Below are positions 30,697 to 40,150 of a stretch of 64,000 nt of DNA, one piece after another (position 1 is the first letter of the stretch; the number at the start of each line of letters is the position of its first letter). The position numbers were made by a program, and so were the translations under genes. The DNA lies in assembly GCA_963662405.2 (NCBI GenBank), contig CAXXKT010000002.1, forward strand, positions 96,001-160,000, given 5' to 3'. Below the pieces are notes generated by a model, which ran no database searches, had not been told where the DNA came from, and worked only from the letters and a program-made list of their open reading frames with translations. This DNA comes from Syntrophales bacterium (GTDB lineage: Bacteria; Desulfobacterota; Syntrophia; Syntrophales; UBA2210).

Positions 30697-31110
30697 TCAG
30701 TCATCCGCTTTTCGGTTTAATATCTCACTTGCAAGATAGATGTTTTTTCTTCCGTACACCTTCACGAGGTTGGCAAATTCAGGAAGTTCTTTCTGGTCGT
30801 CACGTATGTCCGATATCTTGAGGAGCATGGGAAGATTGACACCGGTCACCACCTCCACCCTCTTCTCATTCAGGAACGAGAGTGAGATGTTTGAGGGGGT
30901 TCCTCCGAAGAGGTCCGTCATGATGAGGACACCTTCTCCTAGATCGGCCTTCTTGATGGCAGCGGTAATCTCCTTTTTAATATCTTCCACGCCGGTTTTG
31001 GCATCCAGGGAGACGGGTATAATCCCGCGCATGTCTCCCTTTATCATTTCGGCGGCCTTCAAAAGCTCATATCCGAGGTTACCGTGAGTTATAATCAGTA
31101 CACCTATCAT
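30697..31110 (-). CDS. PTS mannose/fructose-class EIIA
   Basis: ITHG, DLFGGTPSN, GVNLPML. Confidence 0.92.
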   Translation of the reverse strand: MIGVLIITHGNLGYELLKAAEMIKGDMRGIIPVSLDAKTGVEDIKKEITAAIKKADLGEGVLIMTDLFGGTPSNISLSFLNEKRVEVVTGVNLPMLLKISDIRDDQKELPEFANLVKVYGRKNIYLASEILNRKADD

Positions 31111-31202
31111 TTCTCCTCCCAAAGCATCTTATTTTTGGATGGAACGGCCCCGTGCTGCTGGACAGTAAATAAATAACCCCCGCATGTCAAGGAAATCTGT
31201 CC

Positions 31203-31231
31203 TTGACATCGGAGACGCTTCACTTTATATT
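31203..31231 (+). promoter_or_regulatory. Sigma70-type promoter for the Nudix gene (a divergent TTGACA-17-TACTGT lies on the minus strand from 31190)
   Basis: TTGACA-17 nt-TATATT. Confidence 0.6.
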
Positions 31232-31260
31232 TCTAAAAATCACTGACAAATAGAGGGCTT

Positions 31261-31716
31261 ATGAGCCGAAAAATAGTAAAAACCTGTCCGCGTTGCGGAG
31301 AGCAGATGGAATGCTACCATAACCCGATCCCCACGGTCGATATCATTATCGCCATCGAAGGGAAAGGTATCGTTCTGATCCTGAGAAGGAATAATCCCGT
31401 CGGCTGGGCAATCCCCGGCGGTTTTGTCGATTACGGGGAATCACTGGAGGATGCCGCCGTCAGGGAAGCGAAGGAAGAAACCTCTCTCGATGTGGCGCTT
31501 GACGGTCAGCTGCACACCTACTCACGGCCCGACAGGGACCCGCGCCAGCACACCATAACCACGGTTTTTATGGCCAGAGGGACGGGAACGCCTGAGGCTG
31601 CGGATGATGCCGCCGACATAGGAATCTTTACGGAGAGCAACCTTCCCACACCCCTGATGTTCGATCATCGTGAGATACTTGCGGACTACTTCCGGGCGAT
31701 CAAGGGGGAGGAGTGA
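31261..31716 (+). CDS. Nudix hydrolase
   Basis: Nudix box [31 protein letters not shown]. Confidence 0.93.
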   Translation: MSRKIVKTCPRCGEQMECYHNPIPTVDIIIAIEGKGIVLILRRNNPVGWAIPGGFVDYGESLEDAAVREAKEETSLDVALDGQLHTYSRPDRDPRQHTITTVFMARGTGTPEAADDAADIGIFTESNLPTPLMFDHREILADYFRAIKGEE

Positions 31717-31746
31717 TTGGTACCCTCCCGATCACTCCTCCCCTTT
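31702..31746. repeat. 19-bp inverted repeat spanning the stop codons of two convergent genes
   Basis: AAGGGGGAGGAGTGATTGG / CCGATCACTCCTCCCCTTT; 17/19 Watson-Crick plus 2 G-U on the plus strand. Confidence 0.8.
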
Positions 31747-32022
31747 CCATACATCCCGCCACACATGCAGCATCATTTCGTAGGTCAGCTCTTCCTTATC
31801 AGTGATACCGATCACAATCGGGATCTCAAGGAAAAAGAGGCCGGGATCAATCTGGGCGCATGAGAGGACAAAGTGATCATAATCATCGTAGTCCTCCTTG
31901 TAATAACTCTCTTCGTATTCAACCGCACAGGCAGGATCAACGGAAAAAACATGGTAGTTGATCCCGTCATCGAGACATCCGTATATCGTCTCGCCCACCT
32001 TGTCAATACACACAACCTGCAT
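31732..32022 (-). CDS. Small acidic hypothetical protein
   Basis: 96-aa ORF with AGGAG RBS, downstream of the acyl-CoA dehydrogenase. Confidence 0.6.
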   Translation of the reverse strand: MQVVCIDKVGETIYGCLDDGINYHVFSVDPACAVEYEESYYKEDYDDYDHFVLSCAQIDPGLFFLEIPIVIGITDKEELTYEMMLHVWRDVWKGEE

Positions 32023-32047
32023 AAGCTTATTTATCTCCTGTATCTTT

Positions 32048-33253
32048 TTACCCTATGGGATAATAACTCTGAGCGACCTCCAAACGACCCAGCTGGCCGC
32101 CACCCTCCCACAGCTGGATGATCTTACTGTCCCTCAGGTATTTTTCAACATGATACTCTTTGATATATCCGTAGGCCCCCATCAACTCGATGGCCTTATT
32201 GCATACCGTCTCCGTCACGTCACAGGCATACACCTTGGCACCGGTTGCCTTCCCCATCAGATAGGCATCGCCGGGATCGCCGTATTCTTTCCGGTTGTCG
32301 AACATCGAGGCGACGCTCAGATAATAGGCCCGGGCGCTTTCGATCCCCATCGCCATGTCGGCTATCATCGCCGCCTGTAGTGTGTGTTCCCTGACTGCCT
32401 TGCCCTTGTAAAAACGATTGGCCGTGTAGTCTATGACGATCTCAAGGACGGCCTGGGCATTGCCGATCGAAAAGGCGGCGGAACTGAGTCGTCCCCACGA
32501 CAGGGCGGCCTTAAACAGCTGCCAGTCCTCTCCCGGTCCCGCGGCCCGGTATTCCTTCGGGACACGCACGTTATCAAAGAAGATATCCGCATTGATGTCG
32601 CTATAGCGCATCCCCAGCTTGTTTTCGGGAATGCCGAACGAAAGACCCGGGACACCATCGGGAACATAGATCAGAGCGACCCCATCATCCCCCAGTGAAG
32701 GATCCGTCGTACAGAGAACCCCGTAAATCTCGGCGACACTTGCCCCTCCGGGCCACCGCTTTGCCCCGTTGATAACCCACTCATCCCCATCCAATTTGGC
32801 GGTTGTGCGGAGGGTCATCCCATGCTGAGTCGAATCCTCACCATTACACCCCCCGGCGGGTTCGCTCAGGGCGAAACAGGCGGTATGGCGTTCATCCGAG
32901 CAGAACGGGGCCATGAACTTTTCTACCACCGTCTTGTTGCGGGCGCGCATCGCCGGCCCGAAGAGCCACTCGGGACAGGTCATTTCGGTTGCAATGCCGC
33001 TGTCTCCCCGCGCCAGTTCCTCGCACACGGCACAGTATTCGGCCGCTGAACCGATCGCCACCCCGCCGTATTTGGGAGAGAGACCGTATCGCTGCATCCC
33101 GATTCCGACCAGGTTTCCAATCACTTTCTCACAGGCTTCACGACTTTCATCAAGATCGAGCCTCACCGGCATGATCTCCTTGTCTACGAAATCCCGCGTG
33201 CTTTGCAAAAGCGCCCTGCTCTCTTCACCGATAAAATTCCCATACCTTTTCAT
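32048..33253 (-). CDS. Acyl-CoA dehydrogenase family protein
   Basis: FALSEPAGG, INGAKRW, KLGMR, GAYGY, YLRDSKIIQLWEG. Confidence 0.93.
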   Translation of the reverse strand: MKRYGNFIGEESRALLQSTRDFVDKEIMPVRLDLDESREACEKVIGNLVGIGMQRYGLSPKYGGVAIGSAAEYCAVCEELARGDSGIATEMTCPEWLFGPAMRARNKTVVEKFMAPFCSDERHTACFALSEPAGGCNGEDSTQHGMTLRTTAKLDGDEWVINGAKRWPGGASVAEIYGVLCTTDPSLGDDGVALIYVPDGVPGLSFGIPENKLGMRYSDINADIFFDNVRVPKEYRAAGPGEDWQLFKAALSWGRLSSAAFSIGNAQAVLEIVIDYTANRFYKGKAVREHTLQAAMIADMAMGIESARAYYLSVASMFDNRKEYGDPGDAYLMGKATGAKVYACDVTETVCNKAIELMGAYGYIKEYHVEKYLRDSKIIQLWEGGGQLGRLEVAQSYYPIG

Positions 33254-33365
33254 AATTCGTCCCCCTCAATGTCCATTGCTCATGATCACCCTGCCCCACC
33301 GCTCCTTGCCAGGGGCCCACACAGACACAGACTTGTCCTCACTATAAGGAGATGCCGATGCTATG

Positions 33366-33593
33366 TCAAGGCAGGAAGGAATTTTGCCCGGGATGTCGAG
33401 TCCGGGACCCGGGATTCGTTTCACATCGCCGAAAGTGCTTTGCTACCGGCGACACCCCATTGTCCACTAACGGTACCTCGAGAGCGAGAAGCGAATTCAG
33501 CGGAGCGCGAATCAGGAAATCAACACTTCCTCGGCCTGACGGAAGATCCGGTCCGGCACCTTTTTCCTGCAGCGACGCGGCGAAATAGACCAC
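33366..33593 (-). pseudogene. Possible remnant of an AAA/DUF4143-type gene C-terminus
   Basis: GRGSVDFLI...LLALEV...VSP...HF resembles the E-V-D-F...E-V-K tail of that family; recognised by eye only. Confidence 0.25.
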
Positions 33594-33740
33594 TGACCTT
33601 CACGATGTTCCGTGCAAGGGTTCTCACCCCCGAACGCAATCTTTCAATTCCTGATTTTGTTGATAAAATGCCTTCGATACGCTACCATCGGCAGTGGAAA
33701 TGACGTTTTTTTGTTCTTGGCAAAAAAGGAGGGGGAACCC

Positions 33741-34199
33741 ATGAAGTTTAAATCATTGGACCGTGCCTTGATTTTCGCCGCGGACAAGGAAGACGCCTCA
33801 CATCGTTTGTATATTTCATTCCTTAACATCGTCAGAAATGAGGCCTCAAAAAAGCTTCTCACGGAACTTGCCGCCCAGGAGCTGAATCACAAGGCGCTTA
33901 TTGAAGACGCTCGTGCCACCGGAGATATAGCCACCATCGGAGGTAAACGACAAATCAGTGAAATCAGCTTCAGCGACTATATGGTTGCCGATACCATCAA
34001 CCCCGATAGCAATCCCCAGGAATTGATGAGGTTTGCCATGAAAATGGAGAAGGCGGCGTATGACCTGTACGTGGATCTCCTGGACAACTATAGCGGTACG
34101 GAAATGGAACCTCTTTTCTCGCGCCTTGCCCATGAGGAGCTGCAGCACAAGGAGATACTCGAAGATCAGTATGAAAAGCATATAGCCCAGTGGATGTGA
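33741..34199 (+). CDS. Rubrerythrin/ferritin-like diiron protein
   Basis: Two E...Y...ExxH halves (KEDAS..QELNH; MEKAAY..EELQH); RBS GGAGG. Confidence 0.88.
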   Translation: MKFKSLDRALIFAADKEDASHRLYISFLNIVRNEASKKLLTELAAQELNHKALIEDARATGDIATIGGKRQISEISFSDYMVADTINPDSNPQELMRFAMKMEKAAYDLYVDLLDNYSGTEMEPLFSRLAHEELQHKEILEDQYEKHIAQWM

Positions 34200-34337
34200 G
34201 CTTTTTCTTTCACCCGGAATCGATTGACAAAAGAATGTTTCGCCTCCCGACAGATGACATGAGGGAACATCTTCTCTGTTGATGCCGCGGATGTGTAAAA
34301 GAATGGAGCAGGGAGTGCTCTCTCTATTTCCGATAAC

Positions 34338-35167
34338 TTAGGCAATTGAAATAGTGCCACGATCTCTGAGAATGATTCCTTCCCGCTCAAGCTGGTCAAG
34401 GACCCCCTTGATACGTTCCGTGCCGAAGGGAAGACTTTGGATAAGGGTTGTTTCCAACAATCGGACCTCTCCCAGGGTGTAACGGACAATCGCTCCTCGC
34501 ACCTGGCGAACAGAACCTTCAAAGGGTGATTGCCTCTGGTGGTGAGCGCTCCTTCGAGCAGGATTTACGTAGGCCTTCTTGAGAAAGGTCCCGTAGTCCA
34601 TAAGGGCATTGTACCAACTCCTTGGGTTCTTGCGGTCAATCGTTTCATCAACCAGCGCACGAAGGGCCGAATCGGCAACGGTTTCCTCATGATCAAAAAA
34701 TGATGTATGAAAACGGCGCGGATATTGGTCTCGATCAAGATAACCGGTTCGTTGAATGCAAAGGCTCGCACGGCGCGGGCGGTGGCATGACCGATCCCGG
34801 GGAGCAATAGAAGCGATTCCTCTTCGCGGGGAACGATACCCCCGCAGGATGCGACAATTCGTTCCGCCGCCTGTCTCAACATCAGGGCTCGGCGATTGTA
34901 TCCCAACCCTTGCCAGGCATCCAGAACATCGTGGAGCGAAGCGGCGGCAAGTGTTGCAATATCGGGGAAGCGACGCATGAATGCTTCGTATTTCAGAAGG
35001 ACGCGGGGAACCTGCGTCTGCTGGAGCATGACCTCCGAGACGAGTATCCGGTAGGGATCGACGGTTTTCCTCCAGGGCAGATCCCGTCCGTGTCGTTCAT
35101 AGTAGTCATATACCGTTTGTTGGAATGCTTTTACCCGTTGGGTGGTCAGGGTGGTGCTGTCACTCAT
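34338..35167 (-). pseudogene. HhH-GPD A/G-specific adenine glycosylase-like gene (MutY-like, no FeS motif), one frameshift
   Basis: RDLPWR, SEVMLQQTQV, GLGYNRR, LPGIG; adding one base to the A6 run at 34695-34700 gives HHFFDHEE...WYNALMDYG and joins the two ORFs. Confidence 0.85.
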
Positions 35168-35186
35168 AAAGATGCGGTTCCGTTCC

Positions 35187-35795
35187 TCAGACTGTCTCGA
35201 TATTCGTCTCGTCACCGGCAAAGAGGTGTGGCTCCACCGCCCGTTTCAGGTCCTCCCAGAAGACCGTTCGTTTGGGCGATCCCACCGGTTCCTGTGTGGG
35301 AAACTCGAGAAACGGCACCAGGATATGTTCCTGCGCCAACTCTTCCGCGAGTATCTCCGCCATAATCCCCATGAGTACCGGATCATCGGGATCGGGAGTT
35401 TCGACCGGGTTCGGGGATTCCGTTTGGTATCGGTTCACCTTGTGTCTTCCCCAATGAATCCCGCAGGTGGGACTGTTCTCGAGACCGACAAAACAGGTCA
35501 GGCGGTATTTCTGGGAGAGAAACTCGCGAACCATCAGCAGGGGAACGGTAAGCAGTTGCTTGCAGTGTTCGCGAAAGAAGATATTGTCATACTGCTGGCG
35601 CCCCTGGGGATTGCGCATCAGGCCCATTGCCGTTGTCTCCGGGCAGGGATACTGAATGATCCCGACCCGCCGGTCCATCAGGTAATCGGTCAATTCATGG
35701 GAGAGGGGGAAATTTTGCCCCAGGAGATGGACCCTGCAGTACGGATTGATGAGGCACTGGGCAATTATGATGATCTTTCGATCCTTTTTTGCCAT
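35187..35795 (-). CDS. DUF523/TudS-related (thiouracil desulfidase-like) Fe-S protein
   Basis: AQCLIN, YPCPE, SPTCG, GIMAE. Confidence 0.75.
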   Translation of the reverse strand: MAKKDRKIIIIAQCLINPYCRVHLLGQNFPLSHELTDYLMDRRVGIIQYPCPETTAMGLMRNPQGRQQYDNIFFREHCKQLLTVPLLMVREFLSQKYRLTCFVGLENSPTCGIHWGRHKVNRYQTESPNPVETPDPDDPVLMGIMAEILAEELAQEHILVPFLEFPTQEPVGSPKRTVFWEDLKRAVEPHLFAGDETNIETV

Positions 35796-35899
35796 GGGGA
35801 TACCCTCCTCTTCTGATTTACACACTACCTTAGTTCATCTTCTAATTACAGACGTATAGACGTTAAGGCTCATGTATGACCTTTATTTATGGAAACCCG

Positions 35900-36287
35900 T
35901 CACTTTCCGTCTCCCACGAGGGGAAGCACCATATCAACGCTGAAGGAGACCAGATACCGCGTGTCCTCTGCGTGTTCCGTGTGTTTTCCATGGCGCGGGT
36001 GCGACCGGATCTCATGAATCAACTGCGGATCGTCCGTTTCTCCCGTTCGGGTCAGGTACAGGCGTTTTCCCCGCGGAGCGATTACCCACCTCCCTGAAGA
36101 GATACACCGCGCTGTCGTTTTCCCGGAGATTGGCATGCGTCAGCCGATCCGCCATGATAAAGGCAACGGTGGATTCATCTATGAAATGAGGCCTGCCGTA
36201 GATCGCCGCGTTTACCTTCCCCGCCGCATCGGCCGTGGCGAGAACCCCCGTGCCTTCTGCACCTTCAAAATACTCCCTCAACGTCAT
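35900..36287 (-). pseudogene. Pyridoxamine 5'-phosphate oxidase-like FMN-binding protein, one frameshift
   Basis: GVLATAD..G.VNAAIY.RPH...THANL joined to GKRLYL...VLPLVG by removing one base in GGGGAAAA (36065-36072). Confidence 0.8.
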
Positions 36288-36332
36288 GATCTCCCCCCCC
36301 TTTTTACATAGTCTCTTTCGACATATCCCCTA

Positions 36333-37250
36333 TTATTCTCGAAGGGTCAGCCGGTAGGCCGATATCATATTCACCGGGTAATAGGATTTTTTAACCTGCG
36401 TCAGTCCCGGAAGACCCATGTCACTTTCCTTGTTGAGATATTCCAGCTCCGGGAACAGCCTCCGGGCACACTCTCGATCGAAGAACTGATAGAGGCCTTT
36501 GAAGCGCTGCGAGGCCTTCTGAAAATGGAGCACACTCGTCGTCCCCGTGAGCTGTGAAGCGATACCAAAGGCCTGCACCGTCCCATCGATTGAGAGCATG
36601 ACGCTTCTGAAGCCCAGGGTATTGATATGTTGCAGTGCGTTTCGTGTTGCGTGCCACTCACAGGCGAGATCCTCGTCTCTGTCGACATCACAATCACGCT
36701 CTTCGCACCACCGATCCAGGAATTCGAGACACCCGGGTATGTCTTCCGTCGCTATGGTCCTCATCACGACATTACCCACCTCTTCAGGATATTCCCGCTC
36801 GAACTGTTTGATGAGATTGCGCTTCTTCGCGTATCTTCTCCCCGCCAACGTTGCCAGGTCCTCGGTCCGGTACACATAGTCGTCGTACCCTTCCTGGCGG
36901 GTCACGACAAAGAGCTCATCCAGTGACTTCCCCCCGTTTCTCTCAATGTAATCCCCGGGAACGAACCAGTAATTCCCGCACCCCGTTCGGCGGGAGAGAT
37001 CGGCGAGTTCTACGGGGGTGTATTCCCTATCGGGAGAAATGGGGAGTATCAGGTGGGATCGTTCCCTTCCTGTCGCAAATTCGGCATAGACATAGAGGGT
37101 ATCGCCGTCAACGGCACCACAGGGGCGGTAGACATCGCTGGTCCAGACGAGGATCGAGGAGAGCGCGTACGGGCACAGTCGATACCGCTGCCCGGCGAAA
37201 AAGGGCCTGAGCGATGCATAATCCGAAGGTAACAGGGGTTTGAAATTCAT
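36333..37250 (-). CDS. DUF2156 / aminoacyl-phosphatidylglycerol-synthase-like GNAT-fold protein
   Basis: DYVY...LAGRRYAKKRN, HFQKA, GLYQ, NKESDMGLPGL..KKSYYP. Confidence 0.85.
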   Translation of the reverse strand: MNFKPLLPSDYASLRPFFAGQRYRLCPYALSSILVWTSDVYRPCGAVDGDTLYVYAEFATGRERSHLILPISPDREYTPVELADLSRRTGCGNYWFVPGDYIERNGGKSLDELFVVTRQEGYDDYVYRTEDLATLAGRRYAKKRNLIKQFEREYPEEVGNVVMRTIATEDIPGCLEFLDRWCEERDCDVDRDEDLACEWHATRNALQHINTLGFRSVMLSIDGTVQAFGIASQLTGTTSVLHFQKASQRFKGLYQFFDRECARRLFPELEYLNKESDMGLPGLTQVKKSYYPVNMISAYRLTLRE

Positions 37251-37663
37251 CACTCCACCCGCAGCATGGGCGTTGCCCGTTTCATGACGGAAAAGCCGAG
37301 ACGTTCATAGAAGGGGTATGTATCCCGTTCGGCTATGAGACCGATCCACCGTATCCCATCCCGCTCGAGCCGATCGATCAAGGCCTTGATGATCCGTGTC
37401 CCCATACCCCGCCCGCGGCATGCATCCATAACCATCACATCCTGTATGTAGGCATCACTGATCCCGTCACTGATGGCTCGTCCCATACCGACGACACGCC
37501 TGTCGTCACGGACAAGAAGGAAGCAGTGACTCCCGGCGATGATCTGCCTGACCGTATCGTGGTTCTCCCCTTCCTGATTCCACCAACCTTCTTTCCTGTA
37601 GAGATCCGTTATCTGGGAGATTTCTTCGGAACAGAGCTGATCAATGAATGTATACGTAATCAT
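37250..37663 (-). CDS. GNAT family N-acetyltransferase
   Basis: GMGRAISDG, RGRGMG, FYERLGF. Confidence 0.9.
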   Translation of the reverse strand: MITYTFIDQLCSEEISQITDLYRKEGWWNQEGENHDTVRQIIAGSHCFLLVRDDRRVVGMGRAISDGISDAYIQDVMVMDACRGRGMGTRIIKALIDRLERDGIRWIGLIAERDTYPFYERLGFSVMKRATPMLRVE

Positions 37664-37846
37664 CTTGCATATGTTATCAAGATTCTCAAAAAAAATCTAC
37701 CCGTGGAGGGGGCAATGGCGGGGGGGTGGGCATAAAAACAATATACGAACACCACACCGACACTCGGCTGAAAAGCCAACACCGGAGGGAACGATATCCG
37801 AATCAGATACCATCGCGTCACAACTTACGGCACATCAGCTGGATAT

Positions 37847-38471
37847 TCAATCTATGACATTCTCACATCCCGCCAGGTGATCGATGCCGTTGAAAAAGGG
37901 TAATATCCCCCCGTCCGTCTTTGAATTCTACGAATGTTTTTGACGCAACATCCACATGAACCTGTCTGAGGTGAGAGAGGTCCATCCCCCTGATCTTGCA
38001 AAGAATGGTCATAATGGTAAAGTTGTGTGAGGTAATCAGAGTGGTGCCCCACCCGGGCGAGTGATAATACGCTCGACGGCTCCCCAGGCCCGTTCCTGAA
38101 GTTCGGTAAGGGATTCACCGGCCGGCATGGCTATAGAGGCGGGGTCTTTTATCCACCGTTTCAAGAAGTCCCCGTGAGTCACTCTCATTTCCTGCAAGAC
38201 GATCCCTTCAAAATCACCCAGGTTGAGTTCCATCAGGTCATCTTCGTATTGAATCGGGAGGTTATGAAAGCGATTGATCGCTTCGGCCGTCTGAACCGCC
38301 CGTTTCAGTGGACTCGACACAATGGTATCAACCCGTTCATCCTTGAGCGATCCTCCGAGTCTGTCCGCCTGGGCCTTCCCCCGTTCACTGAGTTCGATAT
38401 CGCTCACAACCCTGCGCCCGATGCTCGCGGTTCCATAATGTCTGACCGTGACGTACCAATATGAGTCTCAC
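37847..38471 (-). pseudogene. Histidine phosphatase (PGM/CobC-like), three frameshifts
   Basis: GTG after AGGAGG; LVRHGQT, SSPLKRA, GES, ITSHN, FNGIDHL recovered across indels near 38408, 38047-50 and 37893-97. Confidence 0.85.
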
Positions 38472-38700
38472 ATACAACCTCCTGGCGATTCCTCACCGAT
38501 GTATGTACTAACGCGCCGGAGACTTGATTGCAAGAAGATCCTGGATAACCTTGATAGTGAAGCAACAAAAAGATACCTTTTCAAAGGTGTGAATCTATGG
38601 CATCATGACTGCACGGTATGCGTTTGCGATCAATGAACCAGGGGCCTACCATACTTGCCCCTTATCCAGAGTATCAAGAAGAATAAAGGAGGGTATAGCG

Positions 38701-39534
38701 ATGCAAGCATTGTTTACGTTAACACCGGCGGAATCGAAGCGTCTGATCGCCAAAGGTATCGTTTCACTTCCCGAGGTGAATGAGGCCAAGGAGGAGGGAT
38801 ATCTGCTCGTCGGGCGGGGATCGACAAACGGTTATATCGCGGAAGAATTACTGGGGGAACCGGTAGAGAAGGAAAAATACGCCGTCGGCCAGGTCATCAG
38901 GGGAATTACCTGTGCCCTTGTCCAAGGGGTGCGTATGCAACCGGTCACCTTCCACAAAAACAAACTGTTGAAGGTGGACCCTTCCACCGTCATCGACGAT
39001 TTAGGACCGGGAGATATCCTCCTGAAAGGGGCCAATGCCTTCGATGATATGGGGCATGTCGGGATCGTAATGGCAAATCCCATGGGTGGCACCATGGGAC
39101 AATTTTTTCTCCCCATGAAGGCCCGGGGGGCAACCATTATCTACCCCGTCGGTCTCGAGAAGATGATCCCGTCCGTTGAAGAGGCAGCCATGATGGGAGG
39201 AATACATACCATTGAACGGAGTATCGGTGTTCCCGTCGGTATGCTCTGTGTGACCGACGGCACGGCATACACCGAGTTGGACGCCCTTGATGACCTCTTC
39301 GATGTCGAGGCCGTTCACTTCGCATCCGGTGGATACGGCGGCGCAGAGGGGGCCGTCACGATAATCGTTGACGGATATGAAGAAGATGTGAATCGGTGTT
39401 GCGACTATATCGAAAGCATCAAGGGAGAACCCTCCCTTCCGGGGATCAAACCTCTCTGTAAAACCTGCCCGATTCGGTGCAGTTTTCAGGGGATGGAGGA
39501 GGATGCCCTCCCGGATTACCTGCGGGAACCGTGA
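38701..39534 (+). CDS. Conserved hypothetical protein with C-terminal CxxCxxxC
   Basis: RBS AAGGAGG; TPAESKRLIAK, LKGANA, PVGLEK, CKTCPIRC. Confidence 0.75.
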   Translation: MQALFTLTPAESKRLIAKGIVSLPEVNEAKEEGYLLVGRGSTNGYIAEELLGEPVEKEKYAVGQVIRGITCALVQGVRMQPVTFHKNKLLKVDPSTVIDDLGPGDILLKGANAFDDMGHVGIVMANPMGGTMGQFFLPMKARGATIIYPVGLEKMIPSVEEAAMMGGIHTIERSIGVPVGMLCVTDGTAYTELDALDDLFDVEAVHFASGGYGGAEGAVTIIVDGYEEDVNRCCDYIESIKGEPSLPGIKPLCKTCPIRCSFQGMEEDALPDYLREP

Positions 39535-39548
39535 GGTTATCCCGACCC

Positions 39549-40136
39549 TCAGGGATCGTGGCGATCGGACGGTGAGATCTTCCGGATGGTCTTCACCACC
39601 CGTCTACCGACGGCTTGTGCCTCTTCGAGAGCGGTAAAGGCAGGGGCACCACCGGGACCATTGCGGACATCTCCCTTGTCCCGTCCGTAGCCGATTCCGC
39701 CGCCGGCGATCATCATCCCCTGGACGGCGAAGTAGCTGTAAAGGAGACTGAGGATCTGTCCCTCTCCGGTCCGCCGGGTCGCGACGAGGGCCGCGGCCAC
39801 CTTTCCGCGGAGTTTCCCATGGAGGAGCGAGACGTAGGTCCGGTCGATGACGGCCTTTGCCTGGGCGCTCACGTTGTTGAAGAATGAAGGAGTTCCGAGG
39901 ATGATCCCGTCGGCCCCCTCGAAGGCGCGGTAGATATCCTGCATGTCGTCTTCGATCCGGCACTCACCGCTCTTCGAACAGGTGTTGCACCCGTCACAGG
40001 GGGCGATCTGCCGGTCCGCCACCAGGATCAGCTCCGTTTCGCTCCCCGCCTCGCGCGCCGCACCGAGGGCCTCGGTGACCAGTATCTCGGTGTTTCCTCC
40101 CTTCCGCGGGCTGCAGACGATGCCGACAATCTTCAT
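39549..40136 (-). CDS. Iron-sulfur flavoprotein / multimeric flavodoxin family
   Basis: SPRKGGNT, CDGCNTC...C..EDDM, GTP, DR. Confidence 0.9.
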   Translation of the reverse strand: MKIVGIVCSPRKGGNTEILVTEALGAAREAGSETELILVADRQIAPCDGCNTCSKSGECRIEDDMQDIYRAFEGADGIILGTPSFFNNVSAQAKAVIDRTYVSLLHGKLRGKVAAALVATRRTGEGQILSLLYSYFAVQGMMIAGGGIGYGRDKGDVRNGPGGAPAFTALEEAQAVGRRVVKTIRKISPSDRHDP

Positions 40137-40150
40137 GTGCAATGCCCCTC

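Noticed and set aside
33340..33620. tRNA-Sec or other structured RNA (contains GGAAGATC)
   Set aside because: No cloverleaf, UCA anticodon arm or T-loop could be built
37680..37846. G-rich tract upstream of the GNAT-DUF2156 genes as a riboswitch or terminator
   Set aside because: No convincing stem or known consensus, and it lies in the indel-prone region
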